Below are positions 1 through 13,500 of a DNA stretch of 64,000 nt, one piece after another. Each line of letters opens with the position of its first letter. The stretch's first letter is position 1. Both the position numbers and the translations under genes were made by a program. Under the pieces are notes generated by a model. It was not told the origin of the DNA. It searched no databases and was given only the letters and a program-made list of their open reading frames with translations. Source of the DNA: Camelus dromedarius (Eukaryota); assembly GCF_036321535.1 (NCBI RefSeq), contig NC_087436.1, positions 30,692,001-30,756,000 of the forward strand, written 5' to 3'.

Positions 1-1267
1 TTATAGCAAGGAAAGAAAGGGTTAGGCTGCCTTCCCAGGCTATGATGAAGTATAAGAAATGTAAACGTGGGTAGACTCAGAGCTTCCCAAAGAGTGAACT
101 GAACTTCACTGTTATTTCAGTAAGTCTATTGACTAAGCATACAGTGGGAAAATGTTTTCTGAAAAGAAAGAAATGATCCTTATTTCCTGTTTTCACACCA
201 ATTTCTCAACTATATAAAATCAAAGTGGATGAGTGGGCACATTCATCAAACAATTAGTTAATATCAATCAGAAATTTAAATATTAAGTACTTAAGTATTT
301 CACATTTCTTGGATAAAGAAGTGAGAGAAGTTACTTCACTACTTAATTATTGGAGTTTCTTCCCCTAAATTAAAGAAATTCTCAACTCTCAAACTCAGCT
401 CCTACACTTACACATATACATATATGCATGTACAAATCTTCACCCACATGCACAAATAAAACATATGTCATTAATAGTGAGTAATTTTATTCACTTATCC
501 CATCGAACCCATGAGAATGCAAAAACACTTGCTCTGAAGATATCCCTGAAGCTTAGCAGAACAGGCTGCTAATTTATCAGTCTACATTTGAAGACATCCA
601 ACCACCATCTAACTGCTTCATTTTACAACCACAGTTCAGGTTCATTTCTTAAAGATACTGACATTATAAGAATTTCAACAAGAAATAATGCCTTGTCATA
701 ACTCCTGAGTTACCTCTATTTTGCTAGAATTGCTAAATTAATGCCTCAGCTATATTACACTATTATGAAAATGACCCCAAAATGTCCCAGTGCTCTTATT
801 TCAATAGTTTCTCATTTATTCAATTTAGTTTTTTGATTCTATGGACATAATTTAAAAGTATTTTTATCCGTTTGTGTAGTACAGTCTATCATTACATAGA
901 TACAGTATTTATGTAAATAAAATGCAGTCTATGAATAACAGGTCAATTCTCCTATTCTGCTTTGAAAAAAAAATCTTTAACCATGCTAATATGAAGAGAG
1001 CAATCCATTAGTAGGCCTGAGGTATCAATGGTTTCTGGAAAACTGAAAGTAAGTAGGATTATAATGACAGATAAAGGAAGCAGAAAAAAGGGACACAGGA
1101 GAAAACTGCCAAGAAGGTTGGTGCCAAATGTCCAGGAACACAATCAAAATATTGGAACATCAAGAAAACAGTTGGAGAGTTCAAAATGTGTAGCAATTGC
1201 CTAAAACATATTCCAGTAGGAACTGGGAGAAATATTGTAAACTGATTAGAGTTCAATTTAAAAAATA

Positions 1268-1291
1268 TGTGTGTGTGTGTGTGTGTGTGTG
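1268..1291. repeat. (TG)n microsatellite
   Basis: Direct read of a TG dinucleotide run. Confidence 0.95.
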
Positions 1292-1506
1292 GAGCACCAG
1301 AGAGCTTTCTCGCCCCTTCTGTCATGTGAGGACACAGGGAGAAGGCAGCTGTTTATGAACCAGAAAGTGAGTCCTCACCAGATACTGAATCTGACAGCAC
1401 CTTTATTTAGCCTTCCCAGCCTCCAGAACTGTAAGAAAAAAATGTTTCTTGTTGGAGCTACTCAGTCTGTGGTGGTTTGTTACAGCAATCTGAACGGATT
1501 AAGACA
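1292..1506 (+). mobile_element. MaLR LTR 3' portion (MLT1A-like)
   Basis: Contains catgtgaggacacagggagaaggcagc ... cagcctccagaactgtaagaaa ... ctcagtctgtggtggtttgttacagc and ends in ttaagaca, as MLT1A-type LTRs do. Confidence 0.85.
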
Positions 1507-2339
1507 GCTATCAAACCTATCCTTCAGTTATTAGTATTAGATATGGGGTGCTACAGTTATAAAAGTTTAGTATTTTTAGTCTTTAAGATTGGCAAATGTT
1601 CAATCACGACTTTTAAAGAATACATTTAGCACAGTCATTGTAGAGTCTGTGTTCTATAATGCCATTATCTGGACTGTCTTTGAAACAGTTTTTATTTTCT
1701 CTTAGTTCTTCTATCATGTTGACTTATGACCTGGTATGCCTGATTATTTTACACTGAAAGACAGAAATTAAATATAAAATAATTTAGAAGGAATTTTGAG
1801 ACATTTGATGATCAGTTTATCTTTCTCCAGACAAAAATTTTTGCACTTGTCAAAGTTCCAGATATGTCAGCAATTCAGGATCACCTTTCACCAAATATAT
1901 ATATTTGAACCTAGGCTTGGCCTCATACTCTAACTCTTAAGGATAACAGCTTTGGAGTTTTAAGACATCTTCCACTCCTAGGAAGGTCCTGAATTCCAAT
2001 TCCAATTTTCCTGTTTTATTAAGGATGACTAAAGATTTGCTAAGATTTCCGGCTTCTTGGCTATCTTCTCTAAATACTTTCAGGAAAAGAGTGGAACCAA
2101 ATATTGAGCTCCTATTCTGTATTTTCTTTCCCTCTTAGATTTTAACCTCATAATTTTTCATTGCTCTGTTTAGTTTTCACATGTCTTCAAGCCTATTTTT
2201 AAACAAATATGTTGTCCAAATATTCTAGTGTTCTCAGTGGAAGGGGTTCTTTAATATCCAATTTTCCATTAGGAGGAGCAAAAGTTCTGACTTTTAATTT
2301 TCTCTAAAATATTTATTCTTCTGAAGTTATTTATAATGT

Positions 2340-2500
2340 GTCCATTTATTTTGTTTATTGCTTAATGTCTATATTTCCCATTATGATGAAATATATTCCC
2401 ACAGCAGACTCTTTATCTTTTTTGTTTACTGATATATCTCTGTTAAAATAATGTCTGACATATAGTCATGGTTGTTGACTAATTATTAGTCCAATAAATA
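2340..2500 (+). mobile_element. L2 LINE 3' end fragment
   Basis: Degenerate L2 tail (ttgtttactgatatatct ... tgtctgacatatagt ... aataaat). Confidence 0.55.
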
Positions 2501-4614
2501 AAATCCAATGCAAAAAAATGGAAAAGTTGCTTTACACAGTAATCTTGTTTTTTCATTTGTTTAGTGTGCTAGAAGTGTTCTGGAAAAAAAATTACAAGAA
2601 AGAATAGATAAAATAAAATATCCTTCAACACAGTACCTAACACACAATAGACAATCAATAATGTTGTTGAATAAAGGAAAAGCAGGTTTAGAGTAGAGAA
2701 AAATCCTTATTTAGACAATGCATCATTCTACTTAGAAAAATATTGAGTTTTTTGCTTCTTCTCCCCTGGGATTCTCAGACAGACATCACAAAGAACTAAT
2801 AAGCTCTGTACTGGACACATTGTAAATGCTTGATAAGTACTTGTTGACATTGATATTGGCACTTGACCAATGTGTAAAAACATTTCTACATACATAAATG
2901 CCTTACAAAATAGAATACTACTTTATTAAATGTATTCTTAAACAGAAGAAGACATATAAATGCATCCATTATGTAGAATTGATTAATCAATGTAATTACT
3001 TACATCATTGAAAAAATAGTTAATTGGGGCTATAAATTAGCTTTCATTTATTCATGCATTCAAAAACTATTTAATGATTTCAAATACTTATCAAGGTATC
3101 TAAGTTCTAAATATGGAATGAATGGCAAAATATAAAGCAAAAGACCATGGCCTCAAAGTGCTTACAATCTAAAGAGATTACAAGAAATATCAGGCATCTA
3201 AAAGGGAAATATTATATACTTAGGAGATCCAAAAAGTTATATAAACAATGCCATACTACTTTAGATCAATGTATTATTTTTCAAATTTGAGTTGAAATTA
3301 AGATCTAAAGAAAGTTTTAAAAGGAAATTAAGCAGCAGTTTATATTTGATTACCAGATGACTACATATCATAGTCTCCTTGCATTTCTTTCTTTCACTGT
3401 TACCATGTCTAAAAATGTTCAAAGCACACAAATCAGAGATTTCTTTTCTGACATTAATATAATGGGAAATCTGTCAAAATAAAAAGCCACTCTTTAAAAC
3501 ACATTTCTCTCAATTACTTTTATGTCAACTGAAGAGTAAGGAGAAGGTTAAATGTAAATTCAGAAAGTCATGAGCACATAAAACCAAAATATATTACAAA
3601 GCTCAATAATACAAAACTGATATCCAATCACTTTTGCCAATAACTCTTGTCATCTAAAAAACAAGACAACTTGACAAAGTCCCTGTAACATAATAACTGA
3701 GAACAGTAAGTTCTCTTTCAAAGGAGGAATTACTGTGTATTCAACTATGATTTCTTTGTGCCTCTGTAAATGGGATTTTGTCAGGCTGCTCCTATGTAAC
3801 TACCATTCTACTCATTTACCTTTGAATTGTTCATGTGTTTAAAATTAATTTCCAATCAAAGGAATAAAAATATAGTATTATTTCATAATTATTTTATAAT
3901 TGAATAATTATTATAAAATACATATGACTTCCCAATGCTGACACAGTAGATATGGAGAGAGTAATTTTGCAGCCATTTGATAATCATCCAGTAAGTAATT
4001 TTCTTATTTTACCCTGTCATAAGCCATCTGTGAAAAATTATTAGAGATAATATGACCTACAACTTCAAACTTAAAAGTATCATTTGTTTATTGTCACAAC
4101 TTGGTTTTGTTTATGAAAAGACATAAACTAACTTATTCAGTTTAGAAACCTTGGGTGATTTTAAATATATTCTAATAACTCTCCCTTGAGCAAAAGACTT
4201 TATAACTTTTTTTTATTGTATTTTCCTTAAAAGGCAATTGCCTTTAGAAACTGAGAATTTAATCAGTTTTACATCTTGTAATACCCCAATTTCCACAAAT
4301 TCAAGAATACTAAACAATGAAAAACTTTTCAACTAGATTTCTTAAATTCTAATTTGATACAGCCTATAGTTTTCAACTCTGTCAAATTCCAAGAAAATAT
4401 GGCCAAAGTTTGAGAAAATCTGCATCATAAGCAAAATTAGTTCAGATCTGCCAAAAAGCACTCTAAAACCAAAAGGGGTGCCTGAACATGGAGAAATTAA
4501 TGTCAAGAATTAACTTTATATAAACAAACAAGTAATGAACTGAATGTGAGCATAAGTCCAATCTAAGGTGCCTTTTCCACATGTAAGAGGAAGAAGAAAA
4601 ACATACCTATCACT

Positions 4615-6490
4615 TAATATTCAATAAATATTTTTCATCTGACTACTATAACCAGATACTATTTATGACGCTAGGTACTTATAAGGAACCAACACCAATC
4701 AAACAAAGTAAATCCCTAAGTTCCTAAATTTTGCATTCTAGTTTGGGGTGGGAAGTGATGGCAGAAGAGAGATAAAATTTATACATTAGTAAATTATATA
4801 GACTAATAAATGGTGATGAGTACCAAGGGGGCGGGGAACACACTGGCATAGAGATAGGATATGGTGATGAAGAGCTGACAATTTTAAAGAGTCTACATTG
4901 AAGTCTTTATGAAGAAGTTGCTGCCAAAGGAAAGGAAGTATCTGATGAGGTATGTGAGCAAGATCATGTAGATTTAATTGTTGCAGACAATGAGACCAGA
5001 TTTGAAGCCACTGAAGGATTTTTGGCAGAGTAGTAACATAATTAAGCTACATCAGTACAGAATCAAGAATGACAAATTGTGTGTGGACAAAAGATGGGTA
5101 AGGGAACAAATAGAAAGATACTGCAAAACTTCAGGTGAGAGAGAATTGTGGCTTCAGGGCAGTGTAGGTGGAGATGGTAAGAAGGTTTCTCAGTCTGGGT
5201 ATTTTTTAAACTTACGGTGAAGAGAATCCGATGTCATGTATAACAGACAAAGTAGAGTCAAGTAAGAGTCTCAGAACCAAAGCCTAAATAACTAGAAGAA
5301 TCCAGTGACCAGTAACAGAAATTGGTAAAACTTGTGAGAGGAAGTTTTTATGAAAAATGAGAGCTCAGTTTGGGGTAAAGTTAAGTTTTAATACCTCTAT
5401 TCACCATCCCAGTGAAGATTTTGAGTCAGCCATTGGGTATATGAGACCAGAAACCAGAGAAGTCTGGAGACAGACATACATTTAGGAGTTATTAGCACAT
5501 AAAGAACTTACAGGGTGTAAAGCCATGAGATTTGAAGACATCATGCAAGGATTTACTGTAAAATAAAGTCACAGGGATACACTGGTTTAGACACTGAAGC
5601 AATATAAAGTTAAGAGGTCTGGGATATGAGGAAGAAACAGAACAATGGACTGAGAGGGAGCTATTAACTAAGTGGAAAGGGAAGAGACTGAGGTATCCTA
5701 GGAGTGAAGAAAGTATCCAAAGAAAATGGAGATAATCAACCATTTAGTGCTGCTGCTCAGTCACATAAAATAAACAGGGAGAAATAACCACAGGTGACCT
5801 TGACAAAAGAAGTTTCCCTGGAGTCATGGCTATGACAGTTTGCCTGGTATGGGTTCCTGTGAAAATGAGAAGACAGAAAATTGAGACAGCAGTACAGCAA
5901 CACTTTTAAAGGATTCTTCTACAAAGGCAAGGGAAAAAGTGATGCAATATCTGAAAAGGAAAGCAGGATTGAGAGATTTTAATTCTCCCCCGAGATGAAA
6001 GCACACTGGTATATACATGAAGTTCTAACAGTAAACAAACGAACATCACTGAGGCAGAAAAAGAGGAAAGAAAAGAGAGATTTTGACTTGACTTGAATCA
6101 TATCTCTCTGTAGGTGGAAGAAAAAGGGATATGACAAAAATTGAATGGCAGATATGTCATTCATATCAACAGAAGAAAAGGCGTATTTATATAAAAACTT
6201 ATGCAGTTAGGTGGGGAGATTTACTGTGGAATCTGTGGAAGTTCTCTTCTAATAACTTTTAATTTTTCAGTAAAACAAGGAACAAGGTCATCAGTGAAAA
6301 ATAAAAAGGATAGGGGAAGATATGGAGATGTGGGGAGAAAGGAGAAGGCGAGAAATAGTCACGGGGAGAGGAAAATTATTGGCTTGAGGAATAGAATACG
6401 ATTTCCACGTAGCATTAAGGAGCCAACTAAGACTATTGGTCACAGTTTTAATCTACCAGCATTACTGTATGTTTTTTCTAGTACCATTTA
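4615..6490 (-). mobile_element. L2 LINE fragment (long, degenerate)
   Basis: Starts with ttcaataaatattt (reversed L2 tail), followed by purine-rich antisense L2 hallmarks (gagctcagttttggg, agacatacatttaggagttattagcacataaa, gtgaccttgacaaaagaagttt). Confidence 0.8.
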
Positions 6491-6739
6491 GCTGGAAAAT
6501 CATATCCATGGAATAGACAGAAATGTGGATTTGCCAATAGCGCTCAGTTAGCTAAGTAACCCAGAACTTTAAAGGTCTCGCCTCTCTTCTATAATTTCTT
6601 TTCTCACCTAGTTTGAAAAAAAAAAAAAGTATCTAGTTTAAACAGTAGGGAGCTTGACATTTGACCAAAGATCTTTCAAACTTACTGTTTATGCCCTGAG
6701 TTATCTCTAGGCCTAGACTTAAAGGTAAAAAATTACACT

Positions 6740-7670
6740 TTTGTTTTTAAAAAAAATTCCTTATTTTAGAAGAGTTTCAGATTTACTAAAAAGTTGTGAA
6801 CATAGTATAGAGAATTCCTACATACTTCACATACACAAATAAAAAACCAATACTTACATACCAACTAAACACCATAATTTATTCCAGTTTCTTTAGTTTT
6901 TACCAAAAGTATTTTTTTTCTAGTCCAGAATTCCATCTAAGAAAGTACACTGTATTTAATCCTCACATTTCCTAAGGCTTCTCTTGGTTGTGACTGCTTT
7001 AGATTTTCCTTGTTTTGCTGACCTTTTCTGTTGTAAGGCGTACTGGGCAGGTATTCTGTAGAATGCCCCTCAACTGGAACTTGTCTGATTTGTTTTTTTC
7101 CTCATGATTAAGCTAGGGTTATGGGTTTGGGGGGAGAATACAGAGGTAAAATGTCATCCACATCACGTCATATCAAGGGTACACACTATCACAAGGGTTA
7201 TCGCTGTGGATGCTCGTCTTGCTCACCTGGGAGAGTAGTATGTTTTAGGTTTCTTCATTGAAAGGTTTCTTTTTCCTCTTTCTCTCCACATTGCAATCTT
7301 TGGAAGGAAGTCACTATGCCCAGCTCTCACTTGAGGAGTAGGGAATTATGCTCACTCTCCTTGAGGTCAGAGCTTCTATATAATTTTTTTTTTGCATATA
7401 TTTACCTATTCACTCCATTTACTTACTTATTCAACCATTTATTTATATTAGTATGAACTCAGATATTTACTAGTTTTGGATGTAATAGATTACTGTATCA
7501 CTCATTTTGTCGCTCAGATCATTCCAGCTTTGGACACTGGGAGCACTCTCAGTTGGTTCCCGTGTCCCTCTGACATACACCCATCACTGTGGGATTTTTT
7601 TAAATTTTGTTACATTTTCCTTTTTTAGCATGTTCTTACTTTCTGGCACTACAAAGTGCTCCAGGCTCTG
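6740..7670 (-). mobile_element. Old L1 3' UTR fragment (L1MC/L1MD-like)
   Basis: tttcagatttactaaaaagttg...atagtatagagaattcc, tgtagaatgcccctcaactgg and ggcactacaaagtgctccaggctc match antisense L1MC-type 3' ends. Confidence 0.75.
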
Positions 7671-7829
7671 GGTGAATATCCAGACATTTTAAGTTCAAAA
7701 AGATTTTAAAACATCTTCTGTCCTAATACTCTTCTCTAAGCCAGTGAATGGAAATAAAACATATAGATTATAGTATTAAAAAGTATAATCTCAACACTTA
7801 CAGTAAGGAAAATACTAGGAAAAGCTTCA

Positions 7830-8120
7830 GTTTATATAGACCCTCATAAGACATTATTTTAAGTGCCTGACAATTATTAACTTATTTAATTCTGACAGCC
7901 CTATAGGTAGTGTGATAGGTCCTCTGTTAAATGTGTTAACTCATTTAATGCTTACACCAGAACTCTATAAGGTAGTTAATTATTCTTGTCCCCATTTGGC
8001 AGATAAAGAAACTGAATCCAAAGCTCACATGTACAGTAATCCCAATATACAATTCCTAGATTTGAATCCAGGTTTGTCAGATTCTCAAATATAAATTCTT
8101 AATTACTACAGAGATTGTCT
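7830..8120 (-). mobile_element. MIR SINE
   Basis: Reversed MIR core (ccccatttggcagataaagaaactga ... gatttgaatccaggtttgtcagattc). Confidence 0.75.
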
Positions 8121-8673
8121 CCTTGGTTATATTGGTGCTGGGGAAAAATCAAATCCTCTTCATTATTTCTACCTCAAAATATAATTAAATGTTAATACTA
8201 AAGGTTCTTCTAAATTGAAAATTGTGTAGTTTAGTGATTTCCTCTATTTCCTTATATGTTAGATGCTTTTGTCTTCGTATTTCTTATGCATCATGTATAT
8301 ATGTCTAGTAAAGGATTTATCACATAGAACCAAATTATTTCTTTACATTTCTCTCTCTACATGTTTTATTTACCTATACAACCAAGCCCAGTTTCTTCTA
8401 TTATAGAGAAGGTACAGATTTTATGTTAATGATTAAATATATGAGTGAGACATCAATGGTAGTATTAGAGGTTTTCATAGGCAAGTCATCCACCAGGTCA
8501 TTTTAAAAGTATTAAAGAGAATTAAATATAATTATTTGTAATGGTTCTCAGATTATGAGAAAATCTATATTGTTAGTCTTAAAACTAGACATTTTAACAA
8601 GCTAAAATATCATAAAAGAGACAGAAACTTTTAAGAAAGTAAAAGACAACAGGTATTTCCCTAATTTTATTTA

Positions 8674-8772
8674 TCTTATAGATATACAAAAATATATAGA
8701 TATATAAAAATATATATATAAAAATATATATAAATATGTATTTTATATAGATATCTAAAAATCTCTATAAGA
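8674..8772. repeat. AT-rich low-complexity degenerate tandem repeat bounded by a 9-bp inverted repeat
   Basis: tatagatatataaaaa-like units between tcttataga (8674-8682) and its reverse complement tctataaga (8764-8772). Confidence 0.8.
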
Positions 8773-9548
8773 GACAATACTAAGGGAGGAAAAGAATGTT
8801 ACTTTCTAAGCAATAGAAATTTACATAGAGTAACTATTTGAATTTCAATCCAATTTTACTAACATATACTTTCAGTATAATTTATGACTGTTTCATTTTG
8901 AAATGCTTAATGTATTTTTAAAGGTAGATTGGTAAAGATCAGTCCAATTCTCTGCTTAACTTATCTAATGCCTTAGCTTTAATTGAGTTTATCCATCAAA
9001 GTCACATTTCATTTGGAGAATGGATGTCAGACTAGAGCAGTTAGCAATGATGAGGAAAGAACTTTAAATTAACTAACAATAGTATTTTAGAACAAAAATT
9101 AAAGTCTATGGTCAGCTTAGAACTCAAAATAAAAAAAAAAAAAGTTGAATTCTATGTGATGCTCAAATATCAGTTAAAAATAGTATCACTATAAATTCCT
9201 AGCATGCCATTTGTAAGACCGTGTCAATAAGCAGATAAAAATTTTAAGTCAGGAGCTTGACAAATGGCTTACTGTAAAATTCAATATGTTTTGTTTGCAT
9301 ATTTAACATACTCATTAATATTGTTATACCTCTTAATAATCAGGACATAAAATTCTTTCCTTTGATAGTTTAAAGTAGCTTAGAGAATGGAAGAACAGAA
9401 GGAAAGAAAATGTATACATTATCTGTATTTTCTGGGTAATTATTATTGTCCATGGTTGGTGTGTTTTATTTCCTAAAATTTAGGACCCTTAGTTGAAAGA
9501 GACAAATTTAACAAACGGAAGAATTCCTACAGTAGTCAGATGACCCAT

Positions 9549-10500
9549 GGTATAAGGACTGTTATGGCAGGAAAGGCCAAGTGAAAGCCTTTATTTATCA
9601 AAATAGTAAACTAAAAGTAATGTTGCATCCCTAGATGGTTATCAGAGATCTGTGCCATCAGCTAGGGCTTGACACATGCAAGGGTGTTGATTACCACCAT
9701 ATGGCCATCCACTTGCCTATTTGGCTTGTGCAGAAGACAGAACAATTTGGAGAAGGGCAGTAGATTATCAGAACTTAACAATATGATTGTGTGCTGTTGT
9801 TCCGGTTGTGGGCACTGAACATTCTGGGTATATGTATGTATGTATGTGTGTGCGTGTGCATAATCTGGTACACTGCTCTTGATCTGGTCAAGCCATTTTC
9901 TTCTATATTTATTTAAAAAAGACCCTCTGAAAATTGTTTTCTTTCAACCAGCATGGCCAACAATATATCTTCACAGTCTTACTTCAAGGCCATCTTTAAC
10001 TCCCCACCTCCACGCCATAACCTAGGCTGCAAGGAGTTGATCACCTTTCCCTTCCACAAGACATCACACTGCTCTGTTATCTTGATCTTTTTATGCAATT
10101 ATATCTGGTGAGCAGGAAGAAGCAACTACTTTAGACACTTTGGTGATATGTATGTGAGCCAAATGGTAGAAAACAAATCCCATAAAAATTCAGGTGTCTA
10201 CCACTTCAGTAAAACTTCTAGAGGTTCAGTGATCTGAGATCTGTCAATATAATCTAAGGTAAAGGAAAAATAGCTGCATCTGGCCCTTCTTAGAACTATG
10301 AAAGAAGCATAATGACTAGTAGTCTTTTTTTTTTTTTGGAATTTGGAAATAATATATTCCTCATCTAGATGTACTACTCTTACTCAGTTACTGAGTAATG
10401 TAAGGGTACAGTTTTTCATGGAGCCTAAAACAAGAGAAAGGTTTTCAACAAATTCGTAATGCCATAAAAGCTGACCTTCCTTTGAGTTTTATAATCATAA
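9549..10500 (+). pseudogene. pol: ERV-L pol reverse transcriptase domain (stops and frameshifts)
   Basis: Manual translation: GIRTVMAGKAK*KP (9549), PIWLVQKT (9716), WRRAVDYQNL (9748), WYTALDL (9866), GQQYIFTVLLQG (9955), LPQDITLLCYLDL (10051). The ERV-L YIDD motif has decayed to YLDL at 10078-10089. Confidence 0.92.
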
Positions 10501-10929
10501 TATCTCATGGTGCTCTAAATGTTGATAGAAGATAGGAATGTGTATGGCAGACCCTCATAGGTAAATTAAAGCACAGACCTATACAATTTGGACTGGAACC
10601 ATGCTAGCCCCAGATAATTATTCTCCTTCTGAAAAATAGCTTTGGGGTTCCTATTAAGCTCTAACACAGACCACGAGCACTGAGCCACCAAATAGCCATA
10701 ACGGAATTTACAGTTAAGCCATTAATTTGTCCTACACAACTGCACTTCATCTTTAAATGGAATATGAGAGCAGACTCAAGCAGGTCCTGAATATACAAAT
10801 ATGTTTAATGAGTAGGTGGCCCAGAAGCCAATGAATCCTATTTTCTGTTCCATTGCCTTCTCTCTCAGACAACCCATATGGTCTCCTGGGCAATTCTCTA
10901 TTACCAGTTGTTTGAGAAAAAAAACGTTC

Positions 10930-11330
10930 ATATATGATTTGCAAATGGTTCTGCCAGATATGCTTTCACCACTTGAGTGGATAGGTATAAAATTATGGCC
11001 CCACTCTGTGACAACTGTAGTGGCCTGAAAGACAGTAGTGAAGTGAAATCTTGTCAATGGACAGAACTTCAAGCAATGTAACTGAGTGCCCATTTTCCCT
11101 TCAAAATGGAGAGAGCTGGAGCTGTAGACCTGATTCATGAACTGTCATTAATGTTTTGGCAGGATGATCAGGGACTTGGAAGGCACACAGTTGGGATAAT
11201 TGGATAATTGGAGACAAGTTAGTCTAGGGAATAGGTATGCAAATAGACCTCAACAAATGAGGCCAGAATGTGAAAATATTTGTCTTCCGTATAAATGCTT
11301 ATTAAAGAGTGACCTTAGCAAATGATGATC
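10930..11330 (+). pseudogene. pol: ERV-L pol RNase H domain remnant
   Basis: *FANGSARYA (10935; compare WFTDGSARYA) and LKDSSEVKSCQWTELQA (11025; compare LKDSGEGKSSQWAEL). Confidence 0.85.
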
Positions 11331-11399
11331 TTAAAAAGCAGATGGATTAGATAGATTGTGAGGTGGATTTCAGTCAGCCTCTCTCTCCAGCCACCTCAG

Positions 11400-12000
11400 T
11401 CTTTAGTTAATAAATTCATGGACAAAGTAACCATGACAGAAGGGATAGAGGCTTTGCAAGGGTTAAGCAAAATGGACTGTTATCCACAAGGATGAATTGC
11501 TGCTTACTGCCCAAATCGCCAACTGCAAAACCACACTGAACACTCAATATGGCACCACTCCCTTGAGGGATCTGCCGACCACCTGGTAGCATGTTGATTT
11601 TCTTGGACCTCTTCCATTATGGAAGGGGTAATACCTTTTCTTATTGGAATAGACAATTTCTGTGGTTATGAATTTGTCTTTCCTGCCTGCAGTGCTTCTG
11701 TCAAAAAAACACAGTATGTAAATATCTTACTCATCTCCATGTTATTTCACACAGCATTGCTTTCCACCAAAGATTCATTTTGTGACAAATTAAATGTGCC
11801 TATGACCCATGCTCATGGAATTCACCATGTTTCCTGTCACTTTTAAGCAGATGGGTTGATAGAAATATAGAATGGCCTTTTAATAACACAGTTACAATTC
11901 CATTTGGGCAGCAATAACTTGTAGTGTTGATTAATGTCTTTCAAAATGTGGTAACTATCTATGTTGGTGACTTATACATGGTGACCTGTTTGTCCCAAAG
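11400..12000 (+). pseudogene. pol: ERV-L integrase domain remnant
   Basis: TW*HVDFLGPLPLWKG (11581), LIGIDNFCGYEFVFPACSAS (ORF 11619..11846) and ADGLIEI*NGLLITQL (11847). Confidence 0.88.
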
Positions 12001-12129
12001 CCAAGTGTGTGAGTATAGGAATCAGGGATGGAAATAATGACTTGCTTCTCTCACTACTACCATTTGTGATCTACTAGTGAATTTTTGTTTCTAGTTCCTA
12101 CAATTTGAAATTCTGATCATCTAGAGTTC

Positions 12130-12432
12130 TTAGTTCCCAAAGAATGAATATTTCCATTAGGCAAAATAAAAGTAGTTCCATTAAACTGGAAGTTGAGACT
12201 GCCACTTGGAAACAATGAAATTCTCATGTCAGTGAATCAGCAAGCCAGGAAGAGGGTCTGGCTCCTACTATCAAGGCTGGAGGGAATTGATCCCATTTAT
12301 CAAGGGAAAACTGGGTGTTGTCAACTCACAACGGATATAAACAGGATGGACTGCAAGAGAACCCCTGGAGAACTTCTTTGTACCCCGTGTTCTATGATAA
12401 AGCCAATAGAAAGTATAATAAATGTAATATAG
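12130..12432 (+). pseudogene. ERV-L dUTPase remnant
   Basis: PLNWKLRLPLGNNEILMSVNQQARKRV ... GIDPIYQG (from 12178; ORF 12193..12432) resembles ERV-L PLNWKLRLPPGHFGLL..NQQAKKG...IDPDYQG, and lies downstream of integrase as in ERV-L. Confidence 0.85.
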
Positions 12433-12455
12433 GCAGAACTACAAATAGCCCAGGT

Positions 12456-12637
12456 GATGGTTGTCAGATTTAGCAAATAGCAAGATTCCTAATTAAAATT
12501 TAATTTCAGATAAATAATTTTTTTTAAAGTTTATGTATATCTCATGCAGTATCTTCTAAATATTTATAATAAAAATCTAATTACTAAACCGAAATTCAAA
12601 TTTAACTGGGTATCCTGTATTATATCTGAGAATCTTA
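12456..12637. mobile_element. MER53-like palindromic hAT MITE nested in the ERV-L
   Basis: Ends ggttgtcagatttagcaaat and tatcctgtattatatctgagaatctta; internal aatttaatttcaga/gaaattcaaatttaactggg symmetry; 8-bp TSD gcccaggt (12448-12455)/gcccagat (12638-12645). Confidence 0.85.
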
Positions 12638-13181
12638 GCCCAGATCCTTCAGGTCCCTCCACAGGCAAGGAAACACAGACAGCCTGGTGTTTGCTGAGTT
12701 CAATGGGAAAATGGAATGGCTAGTAGAAGAAGGAAGTTATGTACTGAAGGGATAGCAACTCTTCATAGTGGATTTGCCATATGACCACCTGCAGAAATGA
12801 CTTGATAGACTGCAGAAACTAAGATTGTAATCATTATGAATAGTTTGTCCTTGTTTTGATGTGAATATATTTAAGTATATATTAATCAAATGTTTCCATT
12901 TTTCCCTTTCCATTAGCAATTTACCTACCAGAAACCTAAGATAGTTAACTTTGAATTTCCATATTAATGCTACAGCATACCAAGTTGAATGTGATTAGGC
13001 TAGAAGAGAAATAAACAACCAAAGATGGATTAAGGGATATTGTATGTTCTTTCACTGGAGGTTGGCATGCTTTTGTCTATACATGGGTAATTTCTATCAC
13101 GTAAGGTGAAACTTGCCATTCTCTTTATTTGAAAGTTAACTATGATTAAAATTTTTAAAAAACAGATGTGTATGTATGAAC

Positions 13182-13500
13182 TATAGTTGTTTTATTCTGT
13201 GTCAATTTAGCTAAGCTGCAAGTATTTTTTGAAAAATTACCTTCCTGGTATTGTTCCAAGTTAGAGAAGCTCACAAGAGAAACTTGCATGAGATTGGAAA
13301 GGTAGAAATGAAGGAGTAGTCATTTTTATGTCCCGAAGTTGGGTGTAGGGTGGGCACTGCCGCAGCTCACACACTTGTCTCTGGTCTGCTCGCTTACCTG
13401 GGTAAGTCGGGTGGTGGCCCAGCCCAGAGTTCCTCTAGTTCCCCACACAACTTGTCTTCAACTTCTCCAAATCCTCCCCTGCCCTCTGCCCATGCTCTCT
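13182..13500 (+). mobile_element. ERV-L 3' LTR remnant (MLT2-like start)
   Basis: tatagttgttttattctgtgtcaatttagctaagctg resembles the MLT2 5' end and follows the ERV-L internal region. 3' boundary uncertain. Confidence 0.6.

Larger units (their letters stand above)
9490..13180 (+). mobile_element. ERV-L (class III endogenous retrovirus) internal region, decayed
   Basis: Ordered RT, RNase H, integrase and dUTPase motifs (see sub-features), with no env-like sequence before the LTR. No 5' LTR or gag recognised. Confidence 0.92.
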
